Assembly: GCA_903866625.1 (NCBI GenBank)
Contig: CAIPOI010000005.1
Location: 16,371-80,370 of the forward strand
DNA length: 64,000 nt
Source: an uncultured archaeon
GTDB taxonomy: Archaea; Nanobdellota; Nanobdellia; Pacearchaeales; GW2011-AR1
Reading direction: 5' to 3'
A program made the translations under genes and the position numbers. Under the pieces are notes generated by a model that saw nothing but the letters and a program-made list of their open reading frames with translations, was not told the DNA's origin and did not search any database. Shown here one piece after another: positions 19,204 through 27,623 of this stretch; within the stretch, counting starts at the first letter, position 1, and every line of letters starts with the position of its first letter.

Positions 19204-19752
19204 ATGAGAAATTTATTAGATAATAAAAAAGGTGCAGAGATGACTATTGGAACTATTATAGTTATAATTCTTGCTCTTGTTGTTTTAGTATTTCTAATAT
19301 TTAGCTTTACAAAAACTGGAGGAAGCTTAATGGATAATGTTAAGAATTTCTTTGGAGGAGGAAGTAACATAGATAGTATAAAAAATGCTTGTCAAACTGC
19401 TTGCATTACTAAGAGTTCTTATGAGTATAATGATGTTATAAGAGAAATTAGATGGGATACTAAGACCAAGGCGATGGCTAGTTGTAAAGAGTTAGAAGTT
19501 GGAAAAGTTGCTAAGTGTGCTACGCCTGATGGCAAGGTAATTTTGACTCCTACTACTAACTCAGACCAAACTCCAGAACAAAATTGCTTAGATATGAATA
19601 AACAGTTTAAATGGAATACTAATGATAAGGCGAAACCCGTTTGTGAATTGAATGGGGAGCTAAAATCTGATATCCTTTCTGAATCTCAATGTAAGGCTGT
19701 TTGGTTCCCTGCATTTAGTAAGATAGAAGGCATTGCTTGTTCAGAAATTTAA
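19204..19752 (+). CDS. Pilin, candidate major pilin
   Basis: KKG|AEMTIGTIIVIILALVVL; own TATA-like TTTTAAA upstream; Cys-rich. Confidence 0.85.
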   Translation: MRNLLDNKKGAEMTIGTIIVIILALVVLVFLIFSFTKTGGSLMDNVKNFFGGGSNIDSIKNACQTACITKSSYEYNDVIREIRWDTKTKAMASCKELEVGKVAKCATPDGKVILTPTTNSDQTPEQNCLDMNKQFKWNTNDKAKPVCELNGELKSDILSESQCKAVWFPAFSKIEGIACSEI

Positions 19753-19796
19753 TTCTCTTTGAGAATATTTTTAAACTAACCTTACCTGAATGAAAT

Positions 19797-19937
19797 ATGT
19801 CAGATGATTATGGTTATAGTGAAAGAAGAAATAAGGGCAAAGATAAATCTAAACGAAGAAAACTTTTTCCATATAGAAAGGGTGGAAAGTTTAGAACTCG
19901 TGAAGATGCTAATGCTAATGGGGTTTTAACTAAATAA
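19797..19937 (+). CDS. Small basic protein (46 aa), not in ORF track
   Basis: MSDDYGYSERRNKGKDKSKRRKLFPYRKGGKFRTREDANANGVLTK*; TATA-like TTTTTAAA about 22 bp upstream. Confidence 0.55.
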   Translation: MSDDYGYSERRNKGKDKSKRRKLFPYRKGGKFRTREDANANGVLTK

Positions 19938-19957
19938 GAATAATACGCTTAATAAAA

Positions 19958-20836
19958 ATGGTGATATATCTGCTTTCTAGTTACTTAGATATTAGTTCTG
20001 CTTTTCAGATAGATAGTTTTGAAAATAATTTTTTGGTTATTATGGGGCTTATTTGGATTGTTTGTGCAGTCATTCAAGATTTTAGGAAGCGAGAGGTTGC
20101 CAATTGGTGGAATTTCTCGCTTATAGTTCTCGCTTTGAGTTTTAGGGCATTTGTTAGTATAAATCAGGGTAGTTGGAGTTATCTATTATGGGGCTTATTT
20201 GGATTGGCTTGTGGATTTCTCGTGCATAATCTCTTTTATTATGCGAGGATATTTGCTGGCGGAGACGCAAAACTTCTCTTAGCTTTATGTACAATTTTAC
20301 CTTTTGGTTTAGAATGGAGACTAAATCTTGCGATTCTACTCATTTATTTAGTGTTAATACTAATTTCTGGGGCAGTTTATGGCTTGGTTTATAGTCTAAT
20401 TTTAGTTATAATGCATTTCAAAAGCTTTTCAAAAGAGTTCGGTGTTGTTTTTAGAGTAAATAAGAAGGCTATTCTATTTATGCTATTATTTTCTTTAATT
20501 CTTGGAACTATTTTTTATTATCTTAATTTTATACTTGGAGTTATGCTTTGTGCACTTCTGTTCTTTACTCCATTTTTATTAGTTTCTGCTAAGTCTATTG
20601 AAAAAACATGTATGATAAAAGAAGTAAAAGTAAAAGACTTGACTATCGGAGATTGGACTGTAAATCCTCTTAGTGTCGGAAAGCGAACAATAAATCCTAA
20701 TTGGGAGGGTTTAAGTGAGAAAGAGATAAAGATTATTAAAAATAAACTTAATAAGAATAAAAAAGTAATTGTTAGAGAAGGAATACCTTTTACTCCTTCA
20801 TTTTTATTTGCTTTGATTCTGTTAGTCTGGATTTAA
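19958..20836 (+). CDS. Prepilin peptidase (A24; PibD/EppA-like)
   Basis: QDFRKREVANW and GGDAKL catalytic Asp motifs; C-terminal GIPFTPSF. Confidence 0.92.
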   Translation: MVIYLLSSYLDISSAFQIDSFENNFLVIMGLIWIVCAVIQDFRKREVANWWNFSLIVLALSFRAFVSINQGSWSYLLWGLFGLACGFLVHNLFYYARIFAGGDAKLLLALCTILPFGLEWRLNLAILLIYLVLILISGAVYGLVYSLILVIMHFKSFSKEFGVVFRVNKKAILFMLLFSLILGTIFYYLNFILGVMLCALLFFTPFLLVSAKSIEKTCMIKEVKVKDLTIGDWTVNPLSVGKRTINPNWEGLSEKEIKIIKNKLNKNKKVIVREGIPFTPSFLFALILLVWI

Positions 20837-20837
20837 G

Positions 20838-21356
20838 ATGAAGAAAAAATTATCAGCTTATATAATAATTGATATTGTGCTTATATTTGTTTTACTTTTA
20901 ATGATTTTTTTATTAATCAGACAAATTCTTCCAAGGCAGGTAGATGATTTTTCTCCAGGTATATTTTGCGAGCCTGAAGTGGTTGAGAAAAGCCAAATTT
21001 TGATGGTTGTCCCTATTTTTGAGAATGTTTCTATAGCAGATAATAAAACTTGGTGCGAGCAAACTTTGGCATTGAATAAAACTCTTGGTCTGCATGGAGT
21101 TTATCATACTTATAATGAATTTTTAACTCCTCGCGATAAAGAGTATATTCAAAAAGGTATGGAAGAGTTTATAAAATGCTTTGGTTATTATCCTAAGATA
21201 TTTGAAGCTCCGCAATTAGCTCTTTCTAGAATTAATGAGAAGACTCTTAGGGGGTTGAATTTAGAAGTTTATGGTTATCCTTTTCAATTAACTCATAAAG
21301 TTTATCATTGTTCGGATAGTGGCAAATATTCTAATAGATTTATAGATTTTGTTTAG
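20838..21356 (+). CDS. Membrane-anchored polysaccharide deacetylase-like protein (DUF2334-like)
   Basis: N-terminal TM; VDD, LGLHGVYH, FEAP motifs. Confidence 0.65.
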   Translation: MKKKLSAYIIIDIVLIFVLLLMIFLLIRQILPRQVDDFSPGIFCEPEVVEKSQILMVVPIFENVSIADNKTWCEQTLALNKTLGLHGVYHTYNEFLTPRDKEYIQKGMEEFIKCFGYYPKIFEAPQLALSRINEKTLRGLNLEVYGYPFQLTHKVYHCSDSGKYSNRFIDFV

Positions 21357-21368
21357 ATTTAACAGGAT

Positions 21369-22067
21369 TTAAGGGATTCTTCGGTTGTATTTGAGCAGCT
21401 TTTTTTCTTGATTTTTATCTTCAGATTTGCTCTTTTCCTTATCTTCTGCTCTCTTTTTTTCTCTTTTAACTCTTGGTTTTTTTATCATCTGCCCTATTTT
21501 TTCTTTTAGTTCTTTTAACTCTTCCTTCTTTGCAGGTTTTCTTTGATAGTTTATTTTTTCTCCCTTGTATACTGGAATAATATTTATTATGGCATGCTTT
21601 AATTCATCAGAAGTATTTATTTCAAAATTTTCAGCTTCTAATTTTTTTATTAGGTGGTTTCCTATTTTTTTTGCTAGAGTTAGTGCTTTCGAGGGTAATA
21701 ATTTAGATTCTGCAAGGTGTTTTTTAGGAATTAGTATTGTATGGCCCCTAGAAAAAGGATTTATTTCTAGTGCTGCTAAATAATCTTCATCTTCATAGAT
21801 TATTAGGGATTCTATTTTCTTTCCTGCTATTAGACACATAATACATTTGGGTTCGCCGCTTTCTGGACTTTCTTCATCTTGTCCTGATGTTGGGTCTTCT
21901 CGGCCCTGTTGCATTTCTGCGTTCTTTTTTAGAAAGGCTTCAAGTTCTTCATTATTCATAGAAAGAATATATTGCTTGATTTGTTCCCTTTTTTCTTCAG
22001 GCAGTTGCTCTACTTGTTTTAAAATTTGTTCCTTTATGCTTTTTGCTTGTTCGTCGTTGATGGGCAT
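21369..22067 (-). CDS. HIT-fold protein with degenerate histidine triad and N-terminal extension
   Basis: CIMC, INPFSRGHTILIPKKH; HAIINIIP in place of HxHxHxxP. Confidence 0.75.
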   Translation of the reverse strand: MPINDEQAKSIKEQILKQVEQLPEEKREQIKQYILSMNNEELEAFLKKNAEMQQGREDPTSGQDEESPESGEPKCIMCLIAGKKIESLIIYEDEDYLAALEINPFSRGHTILIPKKHLAESKLLPSKALTLAKKIGNHLIKKLEAENFEINTSDELKHAIINIIPVYKGEKINYQRKPAKKEELKELKEKIGQMIKKPRVKREKKRAEDKEKSKSEDKNQEKKLLKYNRRIP

Positions 22068-22103
22068 AAAGAGAGTTAGAGAATTAGGTTAATAAATATT
22101 TGT

Positions 22104-22376
22104 TTATCCAAAAGCCTTTCTTATATCAAGAACTTCCACACTAGAAACATTAGCAATTTTTTGAAGTTCTGCTTCTAGCTTTTCAGTATCTATTTCATCA
22201 TTCCAAGCAAAGTTAAATATAATTGCACTTAAACCAAAAGCAATTGGTTCTTCTTCGAATTTAACCAAAGTTTTATGCATAGAGTTTATGATTCTTTCAA
22301 TATCTGCTTCTATTCTTTTAAGGTCTGCGCTAGGTGAATCAGGCATTATTTTCATTTGTACTGCTGTAAATCCCAT
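22104..22376 (-). CDS. ef1b: Translation elongation factor EF-1beta
   Basis: KIMPDSPSADL, EPIAFGL. Confidence 0.93.
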   Translation of the reverse strand: MGFTAVQMKIMPDSPSADLKRIEADIERIINSMHKTLVKFEEEPIAFGLSAIIFNFAWNDEIDTEKLEAELQKIANVSSVEVLDIRKAFG

Positions 22377-22525
22377 AAATCTTGTTTGTTAAAATGGTTT
22401 ATAAAAGTTTGGTTTTGGAATATCTGATTTTTAGAGTTAGAATTATTATCTTTTTAGAACAATAGTCTTTAAAAAGTCTGGAAAACAAAAATCATTAGAG
22501 GTAGTAAAAAGAGAAATTAAAATAA

Positions 22526-22666
22526 CTTAAAAATCAACAAAAACCTTCGGTTTGAATCGAAGATTTTTAAGATTCAGAAAATTAAAATTCAAGAGATACA
22601 ATTTCTTGACTCTCCAACTCTTCGAGTTGAAGATTTTCTGACTGTTATTTTTCAAAGAAAAACAAC
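22526..22666 (+). promoter_or_regulatory. Structured 5' leader of the RPA gene with nested hairpins
   Basis: CTTAAAAATC/GATTTTTAAG, AAACC-TTCG-GTTT, TCAGAAAAT/ATTTTCTGA, CAACTC/GAGTTG inverted repeats. Confidence 0.55.
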
Positions 22667-23602
22667 ATGATACAAGGAAATTATGAACAGATATTAAAGA
22701 TGATTTCTGAAGGTTCTAACCTTCCTGTAGAAGAAATTGAGCGAAGAATAGAGGCAAGAAGGGCAAAACTTTCCGGGTTAATTAGTAAGGAAGGAGCAGC
22801 CCAAATTGTTGCTTCTGAATTGGGAATAAGCTTTGATAAACAAAAACTAAAGATTTCTAATTTGCTTTCTGGAATGCGCAGAATAAACATTACTGGGAAA
22901 ATATTGAGAGTTAATAAAATTGTAGAGTATAATAAAAATGGTAGGAGCGGAAAGATTGCTAGTTTCTTGATAGCTGACGAAACAGGCAATATCCGAGTTG
23001 TTTTATGGGATGTTAATCATATACGACTTTTTGAGGTTGGAGAGATAAAAGAAGGAGATACTGTGGAGATTGCTAATGGAGATATAAGAAACGGAGAGTT
23101 ACATCTTTCAAGTTTTGCAGATATAAAACTTAGCCAAGCAGTAATAACTAATGTTCAAACAAAGCAGGCAGTTCAACATAAATCTTTAGATAAAGTCCAG
23201 ATGAATGATAGTATTTCTACTCGAGCATTCATAGTTCAAATATTTGGACCTACTTTTTATTTAGTTTGTCCAGAATGTAACAAAAAGGTATCTGAAACTG
23301 GAACTTGTGAGGCTCATGGTAAGGTGATTCCTAAAAAGAATGCTATTTTAACTTTGATTATAGATGATGGGACTAATAATATGCGAGCAGTTCTCTTTTC
23401 TGAACAAATTAAGAAGATAGTGAATAGTGATGAATTACCTAGTTCAGATTCTTTTATGGAAAAAAGAAATCTTTTAATTGGTTCAGAGGTAATTCTTGAG
23501 GGTAATGTTCGTAAGAATAAACTTTCTGAAAATCTTGAAATCTTTGTAAACTCTGTTGAAGAGATAAATTTGGACAGAGTAATAGAAGAGCTTGAAAAAT
23601 AG
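22667..23602 (+). CDS. Replication protein A-like OB-fold ssDNA-binding protein
   Basis: LSGLISKEGAA N-terminus, DETGNIRVVLW, CPEC...C..H zinc finger, DDGTNNMRAVLF. Confidence 0.88.
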   Translation: MIQGNYEQILKMISEGSNLPVEEIERRIEARRAKLSGLISKEGAAQIVASELGISFDKQKLKISNLLSGMRRINITGKILRVNKIVEYNKNGRSGKIASFLIADETGNIRVVLWDVNHIRLFEVGEIKEGDTVEIANGDIRNGELHLSSFADIKLSQAVITNVQTKQAVQHKSLDKVQMNDSISTRAFIVQIFGPTFYLVCPECNKKVSETGTCEAHGKVIPKKNAILTLIIDDGTNNMRAVLFSEQIKKIVNSDELPSSDSFMEKRNLLIGSEVILEGNVRKNKLSENLEIFVNSVEEINLDRVIEELEK

Positions 23603-23637
23603 CAAGAATATTTAAATTTAAGAAATATAACTATTTT

Positions 23638-23961
23638 ATGGGATCTATTCAAATTAAAGGTTTAGAGGGATTAGAAGAAAGTGAAAAGAAAGTTCTTAAT
23701 GAATTAATTCAGAAACATCTTGAAAAAATTAAAAGAATGTTAAATAATGACTTTTTTTTAAAGATAGCTGTTAAGGTATATTCTAAGGATAAAGAAAATA
23801 AACAAAAAAGAAAAAGATATAGTTTAGATTTGGAATTAACTGGTGAAATTCCAAGAATATTTGCAAGCGCGGAAGAATGGGATTTAAACCAAAGCGTTCA
23901 CTTGGCATTCGGGAAACTGAGTAATGAGATTGAGCATAAATTTCATGTTAGTGAGAAATAG
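23638..23961 (+). CDS. HPF/RaiA-like ribosome-associated protein
   Basis: About 100-aa beta-alpha-beta-beta-beta-alpha pattern; ASAEEWDLNQSV. Confidence 0.55.
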   Translation: MGSIQIKGLEGLEESEKKVLNELIQKHLEKIKRMLNNDFFLKIAVKVYSKDKENKQKRKRYSLDLELTGEIPRIFASAEEWDLNQSVHLAFGKLSNEIEHKFHVSEK

Positions 23962-23966
23962 ATATT

Positions 23967-24605
23967 ATGGCTTCAATTATTGATTGGTACTCTTTAGATC
24001 ATTTGTTTTTGGGTTTTGTTATTGGTATGGCTTTAGTTTTTAGAAAATTTTCTTTTTTTAAATCTGGTTTAATTGCAGGTTTTTTAGTAGTTTTTTGGGA
24101 AGTTTATGAGAGAATCATGGGTGTTGGCGAGTCATATCTAAACAGCTTTTTTGATATTCTTTTAGGATTAGCTTTTTTTCTTTTAGGGTATTTTTTAGTT
24201 AAAAAGTATAAATTTGAATTTTTTAGGTTTAGATTTACTAGACACTCTAATTTTTTTGATATGTGGTCTTTAATACATTTGGGTTTTTGGGGTATTATCG
24301 CAGGTATTTTGTTATTTTTTGAGATAAATCTTATTATCACACTTCCTTTTTGCTTGATTATTATGATTATTTATGAATACTTTGAAAGAATTATAGGTGT
24401 TGGCGAGAAATTTATAAATTCTTTTGGAGATATCATTTTTAATCTCTTGGGATTCTTATTAATTTACCTATTAAACTTAAAATTTTCTTTTAGTAAGGAT
24501 AACCTTATTGGAATTGTTGTTAATTTCGGAATTATAGTTATGTTTTTATCTTTTTGGGGTCATGATCATTATAGAAATCATAAAAAGTCAAATAAAAAAA
24601 TCTAA
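23967..24605 (+). CDS. Membrane protein with internal duplication
   Basis: DxxSLxH...E..ERI.GVGE...NSF.DI occurs twice. Confidence 0.7.
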   Translation: MASIIDWYSLDHLFLGFVIGMALVFRKFSFFKSGLIAGFLVVFWEVYERIMGVGESYLNSFFDILLGLAFFLLGYFLVKKYKFEFFRFRFTRHSNFFDMWSLIHLGFWGIIAGILLFFEINLIITLPFCLIIMIIYEYFERIIGVGEKFINSFGDIIFNLLGFLLIYLLNLKFSFSKDNLIGIVVNFGIIVMFLSFWGHDHYRNHKKSNKKI

Positions 24606-24637
24606 AAATAGAGTATCTATAGTTTTTTAGCAGTTAT

Positions 24638-24710
24638 GCCTGTATAGCTCAGTTGGTAGAGCGTTGCTTTCGTAAAGCAAAGGTCGGGAGTTCAATCCTC
24701 TCTACAGGCT
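24638..24710 (+). tRNA. tRNA-Thr(CGT)
   Basis: Cloverleaf; TTGCT-TT CGT AA-AGCAA. Confidence 0.95.
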
Positions 24711-24715
24711 TAAAA

Positions 24716-25108
24716 TTAGCAATGAGCATAGTGTGGTTTTTCTGGTTCATCAACTAAACCATATTTTGCTCTTAATATTCTACAAGAAATTTCAGTGTTT
24801 TTTAATTCAGGAATTTTTACAGAGTGCGTATTAAATTCTAAAAATTCAAATTGATTTAAAACTTGAACCAATCTTACCAGAGCACTTTGGAGTTCTTGCC
24901 TTGCCATTCTATCGAATTCTTTTGGTGAGGATTTCTTATGACTTAATCTTTCTCTTTCAGTTAAATGAATAAAGAAGTCCTTTAGAATTCTTTCATAGTT
25001 TTCTGGACCCAATTTGCTATAAACAATTAAATGTTCTTGGCTTGTCGGATTAAAACCTCTTTCAAGCATATCTCTTCTTACACTTTCGTCGAAGGTCTTG
25101 GTAGACAT
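24716..25108 (-). CDS. Hypothetical protein
   Basis: 130-aa ORF with TATA-like element upstream. Confidence 0.6.
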   Translation of the reverse strand: MSTKTFDESVRRDMLERGFNPTSQEHLIVYSKLGPENYERILKDFFIHLTERERLSHKKSSPKEFDRMARQELQSALVRLVQVLNQFEFLEFNTHSVKIPELKNTEISCRILRAKYGLVDEPEKPHYAHC

Positions 25109-25217
25109 AACTCTTCTTGGGTTTTTGGGCTTATATACCTTTTGATTTTTTCTGAAACTTTGAATATATATAACTGAAACAAATAATGCTTTTAAACTAA
25201 CAAAAATCTAATTAGTT

Positions 25218-26285
25218 ATGGTGTCATTAAAAGATATAAAAGAGGAAGTTATCTCTGGGGAAAAAGAAGAAGAGAAAGAAACAAAAAAGAAATCTAAGAA
25301 AGATAAAGAAGAAAAAGAATCTAAGGAAGCTAAAATTTCTGATTTGCCTGGAATAGGGCCTGGAACAGTACAAAAACTTGAAGATGCAGGGATTTATGAT
25401 TTAATGGGTGTGGCTGTACTTAGCCCCACTGATTTAAGTGAGATGGCAGGTCTTGGAGAAGCGGTAGCTAGAAAAGCTATTCAGGCTGCTAGAAAGATGA
25501 TGAACCTTGGGTTTCAAACAGGTGAAGAGTTTTCTGAGAAAAGAAAAGAAATAGTGTTTATTACAACAGGTAGTAAAAATTTAGATAATCTTTTGGGTGG
25601 AAAAGGTGTTGAAACTAAGGCTATAACTGAAGCATATGGTGCTTTTGGTTCGGGTAAATCTCAGTTAGGATTTACTCTAACCGTTAGAACTCAGCTGCCT
25701 ATTGAGATGGGCGGGGCTAATGGAAAAGCGGTTTTTGTTGATACAGAAGGAACATTTAGGCCTGAAAGAATAAGGCAGATTGCAAGTGGAATGGGTTTAA
25801 ATCCTGAGAATGTTCTCAAAAATATTTTTGTTGCTCGAGCATTTAATTCTGATCATCAAATTCTTTTATTGGATAAAGTTACCGAGATGATAAAAAATGG
25901 AGAGCCTATAAAACTTATAGTTATTGATTCTTTAACTGCACATTTTAGAGCAGAGTTTTCTGGAAGAGGGCAACTTGCAGATAGACAGCAGAAGTTGAAT
26001 AAATATTTGCATAATCTAATGAGATTAGCTGAACAGCATAATGTTGCAATTTATGTTACTAATCAGGTTATGTCTAATCCGGGAATGCTTTTTGGGGACC
26101 CTACAACAGCTATTGGTGGCAACATTGTTGGTCACGCTTCAACTTATAGAATTTATTTAAGAAAAGGTAAAAAAGGTTCAAGAGTTGCAAAGTTAATTGA
26201 TGCCCCAAACCTTCCTGAAAATGAAACTATATTCTTCTTGGGTCCTAAGGGCGTTACGGACGAAGAAACTGTAAGCGAGGATTAA
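25218..26285 (+). CDS. radA: DNA repair and recombination protein RadA
   Basis: LPGIGP HhH, GAFGSGKS, DTEGTFRPER, IDSLTAHFRAE. Confidence 0.97.
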   Translation: MVSLKDIKEEVISGEKEEEKETKKKSKKDKEEKESKEAKISDLPGIGPGTVQKLEDAGIYDLMGVAVLSPTDLSEMAGLGEAVARKAIQAARKMMNLGFQTGEEFSEKRKEIVFITTGSKNLDNLLGGKGVETKAITEAYGAFGSGKSQLGFTLTVRTQLPIEMGGANGKAVFVDTEGTFRPERIRQIASGMGLNPENVLKNIFVARAFNSDHQILLLDKVTEMIKNGEPIKLIVIDSLTAHFRAEFSGRGQLADRQQKLNKYLHNLMRLAEQHNVAIYVTNQVMSNPGMLFGDPTTAIGGNIVGHASTYRIYLRKGKKGSRVAKLIDAPNLPENETIFFLGPKGVTDEETVSED

Positions 26286-26287
26286 AT

Positions 26288-26554
26288 ATGCCAAGAAGTA
26301 GACTTTATTTAAGATTAGAAGATAGAGATCTTGGAAAGGTTTATGGAACTGTTGAAGAGGGTTTGGTCAAACTTCGAGGAATTGGAGAATTTAGAGTAGG
26401 TCATAATAGTTATGTAGTTTATCCTTCTAAGAGTAAACATGTTTGTGGTGCGCAAGGTTTTGGGGCTAGAGATAGTGATAGTTGTCCTGCTTGTATGCAT
26501 CGTCAAAGAGTAGACACAATTATGAGGGTTGTTGAAGGCATATTACAAAGTTAA
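26288..26554 (+). CDS. Hypothetical protein with Cys/His cluster
   Basis: HVCGAQGFG...CPAC. Confidence 0.55.
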   Translation: MPRSRLYLRLEDRDLGKVYGTVEEGLVKLRGIGEFRVGHNSYVVYPSKSKHVCGAQGFGARDSDSCPACMHRQRVDTIMRVVEGILQS

Positions 26555-26706
26555 ATTTGATTTTTTAACATAGTTTTTTAAACTCTTTTTATTTCTAAGC
26601 TCTTATGTCAGAAATTATTCAACTTTCTTTTTATTTCTGAGCATCCTAAAAACAAAGGGCCGTAAAAGCAATATCTTTAAAAATACGATGCCCTATTGTT
26701 TTTTTG

Positions 26707-27033
26707 ATGTTGCAATTTTGTCCGGTGTGCAAAAATCTTTTGCAGCTCAGAACTGAAGGTGATAAAAATATAGGTTTTTGTAGTTGTGGTTTTGTTAGAA
26801 CTTCTGGAATTATTTTAGAAGCTGATGATAATTCTAATAAACTTGTAGAAAAAGGTTCTGGTTCTGTTGACGAAAAGCAAAATACACTGGGGGTTGAGAG
26901 AATATGTAAGAAATGCGGTTATAATCAAGCAGAGGCCTCAGAAATAGCTGCAAATGAGGCTAATATTTTTATTTTCAAATGTTTGAAATGCGGATTTACT
27001 GATAGGGAAACTCAAGGGAGCTCTAAATTCTAG
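26707..27033 (+). CDS. Transcription factor S (TFS/RpoM)-like protein with two zinc ribbons
   Basis: FCPVCKNLL...CSCG and CKKCG...FKCLKCG. Confidence 0.8.
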   Translation: MLQFCPVCKNLLQLRTEGDKNIGFCSCGFVRTSGIILEADDNSNKLVEKGSGSVDEKQNTLGVERICKKCGYNQAEASEIAANEANIFIFKCLKCGFTDRETQGSSKF

Positions 27034-27116
27034 TTTACAATTGAATTTATCTTCTCTTTTTTTGTTCAAAATTGTAGTAGCATAGTTTTAAAAACTCAAC
27101 TGTTATATTTTTTCTC

Positions 27117-27464
27117 ATGGAAAATGGTGTAGCATTAGATTTTGTGGGTGTACATAACAAGACTAAATTGAGTAATGTATCTTTTTTAACACCTTTTTTT
27201 CGTTTAGATCGAATCGGTTTAGAAATTCAACTTGCAAATTTGAAAAGAAAGTATCAAAGACAATACACTTTTGGAGGAAGAGAAATTCCAACCTATCAAG
27301 AAGTTTTAAAAGAAGATTTAGATGCTCTAAGAGGAATTTCTGGTGCGATACAGCCTCTTTTAAGCCATTCTAATGAGTGTGCGCTTCCAATCTTTCATGA
27401 AAGAGTTTTAAGCTTAAGGGAAAACTTAGAAAAGTTTTGTGCTTATGTTGGTGTTGAGCTCTGA
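27117..27464 (+). CDS. Hypothetical protein
   Basis: 115-aa ORF with TATA-like element upstream. Confidence 0.55.
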   Translation: MENGVALDFVGVHNKTKLSNVSFLTPFFRLDRIGLEIQLANLKRKYQRQYTFGGREIPTYQEVLKEDLDALRGISGAIQPLLSHSNECALPIFHERVLSLRENLEKFCAYVGVEL

Positions 27465-27480
27465 TTTTAAAATTGAGTTA

Positions 27481-27554
27481 TGGGCAAGCGAGGATTTGAA
27501 CCCCGGTTCCAACCTCCGCAAGGTCGTGTTCTATCCAGGCTGAACTACTCGCCC
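27481..27554 (-). tRNA. tRNA-Arg(GCG)
   Basis: Reverse complement folds; CGACC-TT GCG GA-GGTTG. Confidence 0.93.
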
Positions 27555-27623
27555 AATGTTTATCTCAGTTCATAAATATTTAAAAGCTTAAGCTTTTTAG
27601 AAATATTAGGTGATAAAAATAAA

